Assembly: GCA_965215265.1 (NCBI GenBank)
Contig: OZ244048.1
Location: 1,024,001 to 1,088,000, forward strand
DNA length: 64,000 nucleotides
Reading direction: 5' to 3'
Source: Candidatus Poribacteria bacterium
GTDB taxonomy: Bacteria; Poribacteria; WGA-4E; WGA-3G
Shown: in pieces, positions 10,277 to 20,482 of the stretch
Layout: each line of letters begins with the position of its first letter
Position numbering within the stretch: the stretch's first letter is position 1
Program-made: the position numbers and the translations under genes
Notes under the pieces: generated by a model
The model's input: the letters and a program-made list of their open reading frames with translations, nothing else
Told to the model about the DNA's origin: nothing
Database searches by the model: none

Positions 10277-11869
10277 ATGCAAAAAGCACACCAAATTTTA
10301 TGGATCGACGATGAAATAGAGGCACTGCGTCCGCATATCCGGTTTCTCACGGAACGCGGATATACCGTAACTCCTGCCACGAATGGTGAAGATGGTATCG
10401 CTCTCTTAAAACAGAGAGACACCGAATTCAGTGCTATTCTACTTGACCAGGTGATGCCCGGAAAAGATGGCCTCCAAACACTGGAGGTCCTTCGTTCCAT
10501 CAACCGGCAAGTCCCCGTCATTTTTGTCACACAATCTAGTGATGACGCGTTCGTGGATGTGGCACTCGGCAAACAAGTAACCGATTTCCTCGTCAAACCG
10601 ATTGGTGTAGCACAAATTGCAGCCACGCTCAAACGACATCTTGATGCTCAGCAGTTAGTTGATAACTCTATTCCGGGGCGCTATACGACAGATTTTAATG
10701 CAATCCGTGCGATCAAAGAATCCAATCTGCACTGGCAGGAGTGGGTAGACATCTACGTCAAATTATTGGAATGGGACCTGGTCTCGGAGCGACTCGCCGA
10801 GGGCGGGTTAGAGGAAACGCACCTGGAACAAAAGAAGGAGTGCAACACTGAATTCTCTGATTTTGTTGAGGCCAACTATCCAGCATGGATAGCAGGCAGC
10901 TCAGATGCACCGCCACTGTCTGTAAATGTATTAGACCGGTATGTTCTACCTCTTTTACAAGCAGGGAAATCTGTCTACTTCATTGTCGTAGACTGCTTCC
11001 GTTTAGATGGCTGGATGGCAGTAGAACCGCTGCTCAGTCCTTATTTTTCGATTGACCGGCAGTACGCGTTATCAATTTTACCTAGTGCCACTATGTATTC
11101 CCGCAACGCCTTATTTAGCGGGCTCTACCCCGCTGAGTTGGCAGAAAGTTATCCACAGTACTGGAATGAAGGACAGCCATCTAACCGGGAAGCAGGGCAG
11201 AACGTTTCAAGCACCAATAGGTACGAACGGCAGTTACTGGAAGAATACCTAAAAAATAGAGGTCTGTACCTCAAACCCGGCCTCCAGTACTTCAAAATTT
11301 TCGATGCCCGCGGCGGCCAGAAGTACAAAAAGCGTATTGCTGCCGCACCACGCGTGAGTCTCGCAGCCTTAGTGGTTAACTTCGTTGACACTTTGACACA
11401 CCAACGCTCACAATCTGATGTCCTGCAGCAGCTCGCCCCCGATGAAGCAGCCTTCCGAGCACTCGCCCACTCCTGGTTTTCACACTCAGTCCTTTTTGAC
11501 ATCTTGCGACTCATTGCTACACAAAACGCTACCGTTGTCCTTACCAGTGACCACGGCTCTGTGTTTTGTAACCGTGCTACCCGGGCCTATGGAAACAGAG
11601 AGACAACGACCAGCCTCCGGTTTAAAATGGGCTCCAACCTAGGGTGTGAAGAGAACCAAGCGGTGCATCTCCGTGATCCGCGGGCGTACCGGCTCCCGGC
11701 TGAGACGACAAGTAAGAATTATATTTTAGCGAAAGACGATTACTACTTCGTCTATCCCAACGACTTTTATAAATATAAACGCCAATTTCAAGGAGGGTTC
11801 CAGCACGGCGGCATTTCGCTCGGCGAGCTCATAACGCCCGTTGTAACACTAACGCCCCGGCAAAGTTAA
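10277..11869 (+). CDS. PorX-like response regulator (receiver + PglZ/alkaline-phosphatase-like domain)
   Basis: ILWIDDE...LLDQVMPGKDG receiver; VVDCFRLD, ILPSATMYSRNA, TSDHG, FQHGGISL. Confidence 0.88.
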   Translation: MQKAHQILWIDDEIEALRPHIRFLTERGYTVTPATNGEDGIALLKQRDTEFSAILLDQVMPGKDGLQTLEVLRSINRQVPVIFVTQSSDDAFVDVALGKQVTDFLVKPIGVAQIAATLKRHLDAQQLVDNSIPGRYTTDFNAIRAIKESNLHWQEWVDIYVKLLEWDLVSERLAEGGLEETHLEQKKECNTEFSDFVEANYPAWIAGSSDAPPLSVNVLDRYVLPLLQAGKSVYFIVVDCFRLDGWMAVEPLLSPYFSIDRQYALSILPSATMYSRNALFSGLYPAELAESYPQYWNEGQPSNREAGQNVSSTNRYERQLLEEYLKNRGLYLKPGLQYFKIFDARGGQKYKKRIAAAPRVSLAALVVNFVDTLTHQRSQSDVLQQLAPDEAAFRALAHSWFSHSVLFDILRLIATQNATVVLTSDHGSVFCNRATRAYGNRETTTSLRFKMGSNLGCEENQAVHLRDPRAYRLPAETTSKNYILAKDDYYFVYPNDFYKYKRQFQGGFQHGGISLGELITPVVTLTPRQS

Positions 11870-12040
11870 GAGCAAAACTCACAGCAAGCCGGTTTATGTC
11901 AATTCCAAATTTTTGTAGGACTCCGTTGCAGCACCGGATTTCTAAAAGAAAGATCCATTACATAAATCGACAGATATCCCAAAATAGGTTTTCGTATACT
12001 AGAGCCCTACAACGCCTGATGCTTTGTTAATGACTGTGTA

Positions 12041-12347
12041 CATCTCGCCAGAGGGATTCTCTGTTTTGATTCAATACATCAGGAGGCTCCGACGAGATTT
12101 GTGCTAAGGTTATCAAAGCACCAATTGTTGTTGTGCTCCTGTAGACAAAAGAACGAGATGTACATCGGATTTTACATTGCAGTTGGCAGGTTCGGTATGG
12201 CAGGGTAAGGAATTCTTTGTCTCTCCTTTCAGGAGAGTGGCAGGATAGGTATTCTTTTTCACTCCTGCAAGGAGTGAAAAGATAACCTTTTACCTGCCAC
12301 CCACTGGGACAAGACAGCCTTTGTGGGGTGCCTGTAGACGAAAAAAG
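12041..12347. repeat. Palindromic-element composite with nested TGGCAGG/CCTGCCA hairpin element
   Basis: atctcgccagag...ttttgattca...ctccgacgagattt...gtagacaaaagaacgagat; hairpin insert 12183-12300; ends in gtagacgaaaaaag. Confidence 0.8.
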
Positions 12348-12446
12348 CCGCACATTTTTATAGACTTGATTAACGGAAGTGCCTCTTGTCAGTTGCGAGA
12401 TGGAACCCAGCAAAATGCGTACGACAAGGCACGATAGGAGGTCATA

Positions 12447-14039
12447 GTGGAAAAGGAGATACTTATTTCTGATGACGAATATGAAACGCGCTGCGCGGTA
12501 CTAGAACAAGGAGTGTTAAATGAAATTTACATTGAACGAAAAGAGGTTACTCAAGCCTTAGGCAACCTTTATAAAGGACGCGTCGAGAATGTTCTCCCCG
12601 GAATGCAGGTAGCGTTCGTTGACATTGGTTTGGCACGGCATGCTTTCCTTCATATCTCTGACTTGAAGAGCGAATCTGTTAATGACTACCTGGACAAGAA
12701 TGGGAGTATCAGGGATAACAACAACGGAAGAACTGCGCGCAATAAATCCGCAACCTTGAATTTGAAGGAGAAGCCACCGAAGCAGCCCCGCGGAGGACGC
12801 GGATATCCGTTCCTCATCACTGACCTGATTTCAAAGAATCAGGAAATCCTCGTGCAAGTTGGAAAAGAGCCTATGGGAAGTAAGGGCGCACGCGTCACGA
12901 GCAACATTACATTGCCCGGGCGCTACGTCGTCTACATGCCTAACTCTGCGAATATCGGCGTATCCCGACGAATCGAATCGGATAGCGAACGGGATAGGTT
13001 ACGTAACATGGCACAGGAAGTCAAAGCGGAAGTGGAAGGCGGATTTATCATCCGAACCGCCGCTGAAGGCCTGAACGAAACTGAATTCACTGCCGAGATC
13101 CGTTATCTAATCAACCAATGGAAGCAGATACGCGAGCGCGCAAAACGGAAATCTGCACCCAGCCTTGTCAGTCAAGATTTGAATTTTACCAACCGCATCG
13201 TCCGAGACATGCTGACTAAAGATGTCAAGCAGCTCATCATTGATTCACAAACTGGATATCAGGAGACTTTGGACTATGTTGCATCCGTCATGCCAAACTT
13301 GCGGCCGCGCGTAGCACTGTATCAAGAGAATACCGCACTGTTCAACGCATACGGCATTGAACGTGAACTTCAAAGTGCGCTTAGCGAGAAAATTTGGCTC
13401 AAGTGTGGCGGATATATTATTATCCAACAGACCGAAGCGATGGTTTCTATTGATGTGAACACCGGACGTTTCGTCGGAAAATCGGACCCGGATAACACTA
13501 TTTTGAGTGCGAACCTTGAAGCGGTTGAGGAGGTTGTCCGACAACTTCAATTGCGCGATTTGGGCGGCATCATTGTCGTTGATTTCATTGATATGGAAGA
13601 AGCATCCCACCGAAAACGGGTTTTTAAACTGCTGCAAGAAGCACTCCGAAAAGACCGGGCACGAACGAATATCCTGCATTTCTCGGATCTAGGCCTCGTA
13701 GAGATGACACGTCAACGCACGCGTCCCAGCCTATCTACCTTAATGATGGAGCAGTGCCCATACTGTAATGGACGCGGCAACGTTTTATCGATTGAAACGA
13801 TCGGGATTCAGGTGTTCCGTGCAATAAAAACCGCACACCAGCAAACACAAAAATCCGAATTGAGAGTTATCGCCAATGACGATGTCGTCTTACACATAAA
13901 ATCGGAGATGGCGAACAAGCTACGAGATCTCAGGCGATCCTTGAAACTCGAATTAACGCTTGAACCTGATGTTAACCTGCACCTCGAAGATTACCGTATC
14001 TTTGTAGGAAACGGGGAAGAACTGTTCTTAGACTTTTAA
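12447..14039 (+). CDS. rng: Ribonuclease G/E family
   Basis: GNLYKGRV..VLPGMQ.AFVDIG S1 domain, IDVNTG, LRDLGGIIVVDFIDM, CPYC; GGAGG RBS. Confidence 0.93.
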   Translation: MEKEILISDDEYETRCAVLEQGVLNEIYIERKEVTQALGNLYKGRVENVLPGMQVAFVDIGLARHAFLHISDLKSESVNDYLDKNGSIRDNNNGRTARNKSATLNLKEKPPKQPRGGRGYPFLITDLISKNQEILVQVGKEPMGSKGARVTSNITLPGRYVVYMPNSANIGVSRRIESDSERDRLRNMAQEVKAEVEGGFIIRTAAEGLNETEFTAEIRYLINQWKQIRERAKRKSAPSLVSQDLNFTNRIVRDMLTKDVKQLIIDSQTGYQETLDYVASVMPNLRPRVALYQENTALFNAYGIERELQSALSEKIWLKCGGYIIIQQTEAMVSIDVNTGRFVGKSDPDNTILSANLEAVEEVVRQLQLRDLGGIIVVDFIDMEEASHRKRVFKLLQEALRKDRARTNILHFSDLGLVEMTRQRTRPSLSTLMMEQCPYCNGRGNVLSIETIGIQVFRAIKTAHQQTQKSELRVIANDDVVLHIKSEMANKLRDLRRSLKLELTLEPDVNLHLEDYRIFVGNGEELFLDF

Positions 14040-14088
14040 TGTTTTTTCGTAAAAAGGGATTCCTCCCCGCACGCGGGGTGAATTCTTA

Positions 14089-14390
14089 ACCATCACCGCT
14101 TATGTATTGTTTAATCGCCACCCATTGGGATTACCTTTTACCTGCCATCTATAGATCGGAGACTCCTTAGGTATAGTCTTTTAAAATTAAAACCTAAAAT
14201 GGCTCCGACGAGATTTGTGCTAAGGTGTTCATTACATCTGTTGTGTTGTGCTCTTGTAGACGAAAGAACGAGATTTGTAAAGTTATTAACATAGCAGCAG
14301 CCTTTAGCGGGCTTCTGTAGACGAAAGAACGAGATTTGTGCGAGGTTTTTGCATTGCCGCAGCCTTTATTGGGCTGCACTATACAAAATA
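14089..14390. repeat. Palindromic element with three tandem ~61-bp right arms
   Basis: accatcaccgcttatgt left arm (cf. 59422), spacer like 59468-59508, ACGAGATTTGT cores at ~14208, 14268 and 14329. Confidence 0.82.
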
Positions 14391-14415
14391 TGCAGAATAA
14401 GGAGAAGCATCAAAC

Positions 14416-14784
14416 ATGTATGCAGTCTTTACAAGCGGAGGGAAACAGCATCGTGTCTCGGTTGGCAACGTCGTTGATGTCGAAAAACTTGATGCCGTCG
14501 TTGGAGATACTGTTACGTTCCCTTCCGTTTTAGCTGTTGTTGATGACAGCGGACAATTAAAAGCAGGCTCACCGTACGTGGAGAACACCTCCGTTACAGG
14601 TGAGATAATTCAACAAGCACGTGCGAAAAAGACAATTGTGTTTAAGTCCAAACGACGTAAGGGTTACAAGCGAAAGTTAGGACACCGGCAATCTTTTACA
14701 CGTGTGAAAATTACTGCCATTGGCGCGAACAGCAAACTGCGCGATGAAAATGGCATAGAGGAGGGACAAACTGATGGCGCATAA
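14416..14784 (+). CDS. rplU: 50S ribosomal protein L21
   Basis: [19 protein letters not shown]...GHRQ.FT. Confidence 0.97.
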   Translation: MYAVFTSGGKQHRVSVGNVVDVEKLDAVVGDTVTFPSVLAVVDDSGQLKAGSPYVENTSVTGEIIQQARAKKTIVFKSKRRKGYKRKLGHRQSFTRVKITAIGANSKLRDENGIEEGQTDGA

Positions 14785-15040
14785 AAAAGGCGGCGGGAGC
14801 ACCCGAAATGGACGTGATAGCATCGGAAAACGACTCGGGGCCAAAAGATTTGATGGAAATTACGTCACCGCCGGGAGCATTCTCGTTCGACAGCGCGGTA
14901 CCCATTTCCACCCTGGCAACAACGTCGGAGTCGGAAGGGACTACACTCTTTTCTCAAAAATTGATGGATACGTCGCGTTTGAGAGAAAGGACAAATATCG
15001 CCGCAGGGTGAGTGTCTATACTGAACACCCCACATATTAG
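14774..15040 (+). CDS. rpmA: 50S ribosomal protein L27
   Basis: [30 protein letters not shown]. Confidence 0.98.
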   Translation: MAHKKGGGSTRNGRDSIGKRLGAKRFDGNYVTAGSILVRQRGTHFHPGNNVGVGRDYTLFSKIDGYVAFERKDKYRRRVSVYTEHPTY

Positions 15041-15283
15041 ACACCATGGAAAGGTGGAGTTGTGTGTGTGCTGAGTGTGACACCTGCCTCAAGTGAGACG
15101 TGAGAAAACGAGGTGAAATTACACGACACACACACAGACTTTACAGAATTTCGTGCAGAAATTTATTTTATAGTGGATTAGATGAGGTTGGAAACCTCGC
15201 AGAGCACAAGGTATCAGTTGTAAAATCTACGATACAAAAAGATTGGAATCTTTTTATAAAGAAACACGACAGAGGACACATTC

Positions 15284-15733
15284 GTGAAACGGATTATAGC
15301 CCGTGATTTAACAGTCCATTTCGCAATGTGCATCTTTGCTTTTACATCGCTCTTCGGGTGTGGGAACCAACTCCAAACACTCGCAGTGGAAACCATGGAT
15401 AACGCAAAGACTGCACTGAGTGCAGCCAAAAATGCTGGTGCCCCGCAGCTAGCAACGGCCCCCTTACAAACAGCCCAAGAGATGCTCAGCGGTGCTGAAA
15501 CAGCAATGCAAGCAAACGATACCGAGCGTGCTTACCGATTGGCACTCCGGGCATATCTCCATGCCCGCATCGCGACGGAAACCGTGCTGGCAATGCAGCA
15601 CGAAGCACAACTCCAAGAGGCACAAAAGCAATTGGCACAGCACCAACAGCGCACCGCTGAAGCACTCCATAAATTAACGGCTATAAAAGCAGAATATGAA
15701 AAACTGAAGACGCTGAGTGAGGAAAACGAGTGA
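15284..15733 (+). CDS. DUF4398-like helical lipoprotein
   Basis: Lipobox-like LFGC; Ala-rich 'A...GA..LA...L..A' pattern; overlaps the next start. Confidence 0.65.
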   Translation: MKRIIARDLTVHFAMCIFAFTSLFGCGNQLQTLAVETMDNAKTALSAAKNAGAPQLATAPLQTAQEMLSGAETAMQANDTERAYRLALRAYLHARIATETVLAMQHEAQLQEAQKQLAQHQQRTAEALHKLTAIKAEYEKLKTLSEENE

Positions 15734-17409
15734 GATTAGGACGGAATTTGCAAGTCTGTTTTGAAATATACATCGTCATCTTCCTCATCGCGTTGTTAGC
15801 GTTTTTCGGATGTGCAGCACCGGAAATCGATGACGTGCTTTTGGAGACACAACTCCAAGGCGCACAACGTTCAATTGCTGGAGCAACAGCATTGGAAGCA
15901 GAACGTTTCGCCGGAGAGGAATTTGTACGCGCTATCAAACTGCTATCTCTTGCACGTGAAGCGCAGGAACATCAAGACATCGCACAGAGTGCCGAATTCG
16001 CATACCAAGCAGAACTGATGGCACAGATTGCTGCCGCCAAGGCCCGACAACAGCAGGCGCAGCAATACCTTGTCAGCACCCGGGAACAGCAATATCAAGA
16101 AATCATAAAAGCACATCAGCATGAACTTGATATTGAGCGCATCCGTCATGAAATCACAAAAGTAGAACTTGCTAATGCGCTGAAAACCATTACAAGTTTG
16201 GAACACAGAACAAATGTGCTTTCAACTGATATCTCAGAATTAAACGACTCCTTGCGGCGAATGGAACTCCGGGTACTACTGACGGAAGCGGAACTCCTCG
16301 TTAATATTGCCCGAGAAACCCATCCTGCACTTGAAGTAACTGCTGACTACGAGAGAGCGCAAGCGACAATCGTGCTGGCTGTCAATCTCATAGCGCGCGC
16401 AGAATTTACGGAAGCGGAAAAAGCCACCACAGATGCCCAAAAACAAGCGAATGGACTCTATGAACTGGCGATAAAAAACCGAACAACAGAGACAGAAGCG
16501 AAAACGGCAGCACGGATTGCAATCGCCAAAGCAGAATCAATTGTGGAAAGGGCCCAATATCTCAATGCCAATCAACACGCGCCGCAGCAATTCCAACAAG
16601 CCAGTACGCACATACAACGTGCTAAAAGACACATGGATGAAAACCAGTACGAATCTGCGCACACGCGAGCCGAACAAGCACAGAAAAGTGCAGATGATGC
16701 TGTTGCAATTGCACTCCTTGCCGAATACCGGCAGCAGGCACAGAGCGAATTAGAGGCACTTGCTGCCGAAGCCCAACAAGTAGTCAATACCCTTAAAGCG
16801 GAAATAGCACAGCAAGCGAAGACTCAAGTCCCGCAGCTTGAACTGCAACTTTATAAGCTCGCCACTGCCGCATTTGCCACAGCTGAAGCCGCTTTGTTAG
16901 ATAAAGACTATTCCGCGGCAATCGAGGCGGCGGCCGAAAGTAACGATTACCTGCAGCGTGCCATAGAAAACCTACGTGCAAAGAACTCAAAGAAAGTGAA
17001 TTTACTTACTGCAGCCAAGCGTATCGCAAACGCCAGTATCATTGAACTGAAAAATGGCGTGCTCATCCGCATCAGTGGTAATCTGTTTGCAATCGGAAGC
17101 ACCCAACTCAATAACCGATTTTTCGCCACCTTTACACAATTAGCAAAATTACTACAGATGGAGAGTTTTAGCTCATATCCTGTCCGGATTGAGGCACATA
17201 CGGACACCATCGGGGCCGCTGATGTTAATCAAAATATTAGTCATGGGCGTGCAAAATCGGTTCAGGAATTTCTCATCGCAGAGGGACGTGTTGACGAAAA
17301 ACGGCTAACCGCCATCGGACTCGGTGAAACACAACCCATCGCTACAGACGGAGAATCCCCGGAAGTGCAGAACAGCAGGATTGATATAATTATCAAAACA
17401 CAAGAATGA
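15730..17409 (+). CDS. OmpA-domain lipoprotein with repeated DUF4398-like helical units
   Basis: FFGC lipobox; C-terminal IEAHTD..G...N..IS..RA..V, G.GE..P, N.RIDI. Confidence 0.82.
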   Translation: MRLGRNLQVCFEIYIVIFLIALLAFFGCAAPEIDDVLLETQLQGAQRSIAGATALEAERFAGEEFVRAIKLLSLAREAQEHQDIAQSAEFAYQAELMAQIAAAKARQQQAQQYLVSTREQQYQEIIKAHQHELDIERIRHEITKVELANALKTITSLEHRTNVLSTDISELNDSLRRMELRVLLTEAELLVNIARETHPALEVTADYERAQATIVLAVNLIARAEFTEAEKATTDAQKQANGLYELAIKNRTTETEAKTAARIAIAKAESIVERAQYLNANQHAPQQFQQASTHIQRAKRHMDENQYESAHTRAEQAQKSADDAVAIALLAEYRQQAQSELEALAAEAQQVVNTLKAEIAQQAKTQVPQLELQLYKLATAAFATAEAALLDKDYSAAIEAAAESNDYLQRAIENLRAKNSKKVNLLTAAKRIANASIIELKNGVLIRISGNLFAIGSTQLNNRFFATFTQLAKLLQMESFSSYPVRIEAHTDTIGAADVNQNISHGRAKSVQEFLIAEGRVDEKRLTAIGLGETQPIATDGESPEVQNSRIDIIIKTQE

Positions 17410-17425
17410 CTCACATAACGCCTTA

Positions 17426-17480
17426 TTTTGATTCATAACATCGAAGGATTTGGGTGAGCGGGTGACGAGATTTGTAAAGG
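17426..17480 (+). repeat. Partial palindromic element (spacer + inner right arm)
   Basis: ttttgattcat...aaggatttgggtgagcgggtgacgagatttgt; matches the reverse complement of the 59332-59362 segment. Confidence 0.75.
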
Positions 17481-17515
17481 ATTGAAAATAGCACTGAAAC
17501 CAGATTAAGAAGGAC

Positions 17516-19069
17516 ATGCAACAAGACACTATTGTGATTTTAGACTTCGGTTCGCAGTATACACAGCTCATCGCGCGGCGCATCCGTGAGCAGAACGTTT
17601 ACTGTGAAATTCATCCGTATACGCTGCCGCTCTCTCAATTAACGGAAATTGCCCCAAAGGGCGTGATTTTGAGCGGAGGACCTGCTAGTGCCTATGAAAC
17701 GGGTGCCCCCAAAGTTGACGCGGAACTCTTCACACTCGGCATACCTATACTCGGTATCTGCTACGGCATGCAACTCATGGCGTATATGCTGGACGGGGGC
17801 CGAGTGCATCCAGCAACCGAACGCGAGTACGGGCATGCGTGTCTCCATGTGAAAAATTCAGAGCATCTGTTATTTGCAGGGGTGCCCCCGCACTTTTCGG
17901 CATGGATGAGTCACGGTGATAGAATTGACGCACCTCCAATAGGTTTCCGAACGCTTGCATACACTCAGAATTCACCCATCGCCGCCATGGGGCATCCGGA
18001 GAAAACCTTTTACGGTTTACAATTCCACCCGGAGGTTGAACATACGCAAGATGCTAACAAGATTTTGCGCAATTTTACCCAAAACATTTGCGGGTGTAAC
18101 GATACTTGGACAATGCGTGCGTTTATCACGCGTACCACGGAACTGATTCAAGAGAGGGTTGGAACCGAACGTGTACTATGTGCAGTAAGTGGGGGGATTG
18201 ATTCGATGGTCCTCGCCACGCTGCTGCATCAAATAATAGGCGACGCACTCGTCCCTGTTTTTGTTGATAATGGGCTCCTTCGCCAAAACGAGGCTCAGAC
18301 TGTCCTAGCAACATGCAGAGAAATCGGATTTCAGATTCAGTTTGTTGACGCAACCGACACCTTTTTGAATGCATTAGTAGGCGTTGTCAACCCCGAACAA
18401 AAACGAAAAACTATCGGAGCACAATTTATTCAAACGTTTAAAGATGCCATTAAAAGCGTCTCACGAAACGGAGAGAGGATTCGTTTCCTCGCGCAAGGTA
18501 CCCTCTATCCGGATGTTATAGAGAGCGTGTCTGTCAAAGGACCGTCGGCTACCATTAAGACACACCACAACGTCGGTGGGCTGCCTTCAGATATGCCATT
18601 TGAACTCGTTGAACCGTTTAGGGAACTCTTTAAAGACGAAGTCCGCGCCTTAGGTGCAGAACTCAACCTCCCGCAGTCCGTCCTTGGAAGACATCCGTTC
18701 CCCGGCCCAGGGCTCGCTGTGCGGATTCTTGGGGAGGTTACACCGGCACGCTTAGCGGTGCTCCGCTTAGCTGATGCAATTTTTATTGATGAGCTTCGTA
18801 CAGCAGGGATGTACGATGACATCTGGCAGGCGTTAGCAGTGCTATTGCCAGTCAAAAGCGTCGGAGTGATGGGGGATGAACGGACTTATGAGAACGTTGT
18901 CGCCCTCCGTGCTGTCACGAGCAGTGATGCAATGACAGCTGATTGGGCAAGAATCCCTGATGAAGTACTCGGGCGAATTTCAGGACGTATCATCAACGAG
19001 GTACAAGGCATTAACCGCGTCGTTTACGATATTAGTTCAAAACCGCCCAGCACAATTGAATGGGAATAA
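17516..19069 (+). CDS. guaA: GMP synthase (glutamine-hydrolysing)
   Basis: ILDFGSQYTQLIARR, GICYGMQ, QFHPEV, SGGIDS, KPPSTIEWE. Confidence 0.98.
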   Translation: MQQDTIVILDFGSQYTQLIARRIREQNVYCEIHPYTLPLSQLTEIAPKGVILSGGPASAYETGAPKVDAELFTLGIPILGICYGMQLMAYMLDGGRVHPATEREYGHACLHVKNSEHLLFAGVPPHFSAWMSHGDRIDAPPIGFRTLAYTQNSPIAAMGHPEKTFYGLQFHPEVEHTQDANKILRNFTQNICGCNDTWTMRAFITRTTELIQERVGTERVLCAVSGGIDSMVLATLLHQIIGDALVPVFVDNGLLRQNEAQTVLATCREIGFQIQFVDATDTFLNALVGVVNPEQKRKTIGAQFIQTFKDAIKSVSRNGERIRFLAQGTLYPDVIESVSVKGPSATIKTHHNVGGLPSDMPFELVEPFRELFKDEVRALGAELNLPQSVLGRHPFPGPGLAVRILGEVTPARLAVLRLADAIFIDELRTAGMYDDIWQALAVLLPVKSVGVMGDERTYENVVALRAVTSSDAMTADWARIPDEVLGRISGRIINEVQGINRVVYDISSKPPSTIEWE

Positions 19070-19100
19070 TTTCGGTTTCTTGCCAACCCACTGGGCGGTT

Positions 19101-20291
19101 TCATGAAAGATTCGCCTGAGTTTGATAAATTCGTGCTGCTGCAGATACTGCTGTTCCAGGCTCCACCGTATGACCAGATTCGATCAACAGTTTTTCCAAT
19201 CCGTTTAGCACGAACATGACGTTCTTTTCGTTTGCCGATTCGCCCATCAAGCCAATTCGCCACGCTTTTCCAGCGAAAATCCCTAATCCGCCACCAATTT
19301 CTATACCGTAGTCCGTGATAAGCCGTTTACGGATAGTTGCATCGTCTATACCGTCAGGGATGTACAACGTGGTTAGCATCGGTGCGCGGTAGCCTGCCTC
19401 AGCTGCCGGAACTAACCCGATTGATTCAGCACCTGCGATAAGAGCGTCAGCATGTCTTTCATGGCGGTGGTAGCGTGCAGAAGTACCTTCTTCAAGTACA
19501 ACCCGCAACGCCTCCCGTAATGCATAGATGAGAGACATAGAGACGGTGTGGTGATAACCGCGCTTATCATTGGCCGTCCAATAGTTTTCGAGGAGCGTCA
19601 TGTCAAGATAAAAACTCTGGATTGGTGTTTTCCTATTGCGAATCGCCTCAATAGCCTGTTCACTGAAAGTTATCGGCGATAACCCCGGCGGTGCCGCAAG
19701 GCATTTCTGGGTACAACTGTAAGCAATATCAATCTGGCGGGCATCTATATCCACGGGCTGTCCGCCGAGAGAAGTTACACAGTCTGCAAGAAACAGGGCA
19801 TCGTATTCATGCGCGATATTAATGATTTCATTGAGCGGTTGAAGGATTCCGGTAGAGGTTTCAGCGTGAACAGCCGCAACGAGTTTCGGTTTTGTTTTTG
19901 CGACGGTTTCGGCGACGGTTTCAGCAGGGATATGTTGCCCCCACGGGGCTTCCACTTTTGTGACAAGACCGCCACACCTTGCCGCAATATCTGCTATCCG
20001 TTCACCGAAGTAACCGTTGATGCCAACAACGACAGCGTCCCCGGGCTCAATAACGTTAGCAAGGGCTGCTTCCATACCTGCCGTTCCAGTGCCGGAGACA
20101 GGCAGCGTGAGACGGTTTTGCGTTCCAAAAACGCGTCGCAGCAGCGCGACGGTGTCATCCATTATAGTGACAAATTCACTGTCTAAGTACCCCAGCATCG
20201 GGGTTGTCATCGCTTTGAGAACCCGCGCGTTCGCTTCGCTCGGCCCAGGACCGAGGAGGACGCGCGCGGGTACTATTAATTCATCATACAC
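19101..20291 (-). CDS. Alanine-glyoxylate/serine-pyruvate aminotransferase (class V)
   Basis: LLGPGPS, SGTGTAGME, HAETSTG, CTQKCL (PLP lysine), WRIGLMG. Confidence 0.92.
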   Translation of the reverse strand: MYDELIVPARVLLGPGPSEANARVLKAMTTPMLGYLDSEFVTIMDDTVALLRRVFGTQNRLTLPVSGTGTAGMEAALANVIEPGDAVVVGINGYFGERIADIAARCGGLVTKVEAPWGQHIPAETVAETVAKTKPKLVAAVHAETSTGILQPLNEIINIAHEYDALFLADCVTSLGGQPVDIDARQIDIAYSCTQKCLAAPPGLSPITFSEQAIEAIRNRKTPIQSFYLDMTLLENYWTANDKRGYHHTVSMSLIYALREALRVVLEEGTSARYHRHERHADALIAGAESIGLVPAAEAGYRAPMLTTLYIPDGIDDATIRKRLITDYGIEIGGGLGIFAGKAWRIGLMGESANEKNVMFVLNGLEKLLIESGHTVEPGTAVSAAARIYQTQANLS

Positions 20292-20328
20292 TGGTTTAAA
20301 AAACCCTCATCATATTGGAGCAGTAAGC

Positions 20329-20469
20329 GAGGGTAGTGGCAGGAGGTTCTTTGTCTGTCCTGAAGGACAGACAAGAATATCGTAGATTGATGTCCCGCCC
20401 GGTTCCGGGCAGGCGGGAGTCAACCGAACCCAATGGGCGGACGAATATAAAAATCCATCCACCACCCTC
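20329..20469. repeat. Intergenic multi-hairpin element
   Basis: Terminal inverted repeat gagggtagtgg/ccaccaccctc; internal ttgtctgtcc-tgaa-ggacagacaa hairpin related to those at 12.2 and 60.6 kb. Confidence 0.6.
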
Positions 20470-20482
20470 AGAAACTTTGGCG

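Noticed and set aside
12027-12413. 128-aa minus-strand ORF (also 14194-14379)
   Set aside because: Made of repeat DNA; both share TLAQISSEP only because of the element core
12670-12810. Low-complexity insert in the RNase G S1 domain as another element copy
   Set aside because: No arm boxes seen; variable inserts here are common in RNase E/G
14255-14380. CRISPR-like mini array (TGTAGACGAAAGAACGAGATTTGT twice, 37-bp spacing)
   Set aside because: The spacers resemble each other (gcagccttta..gggct), there are only two exact repeats and no cas genes; these are tandem arms of the palindromic element
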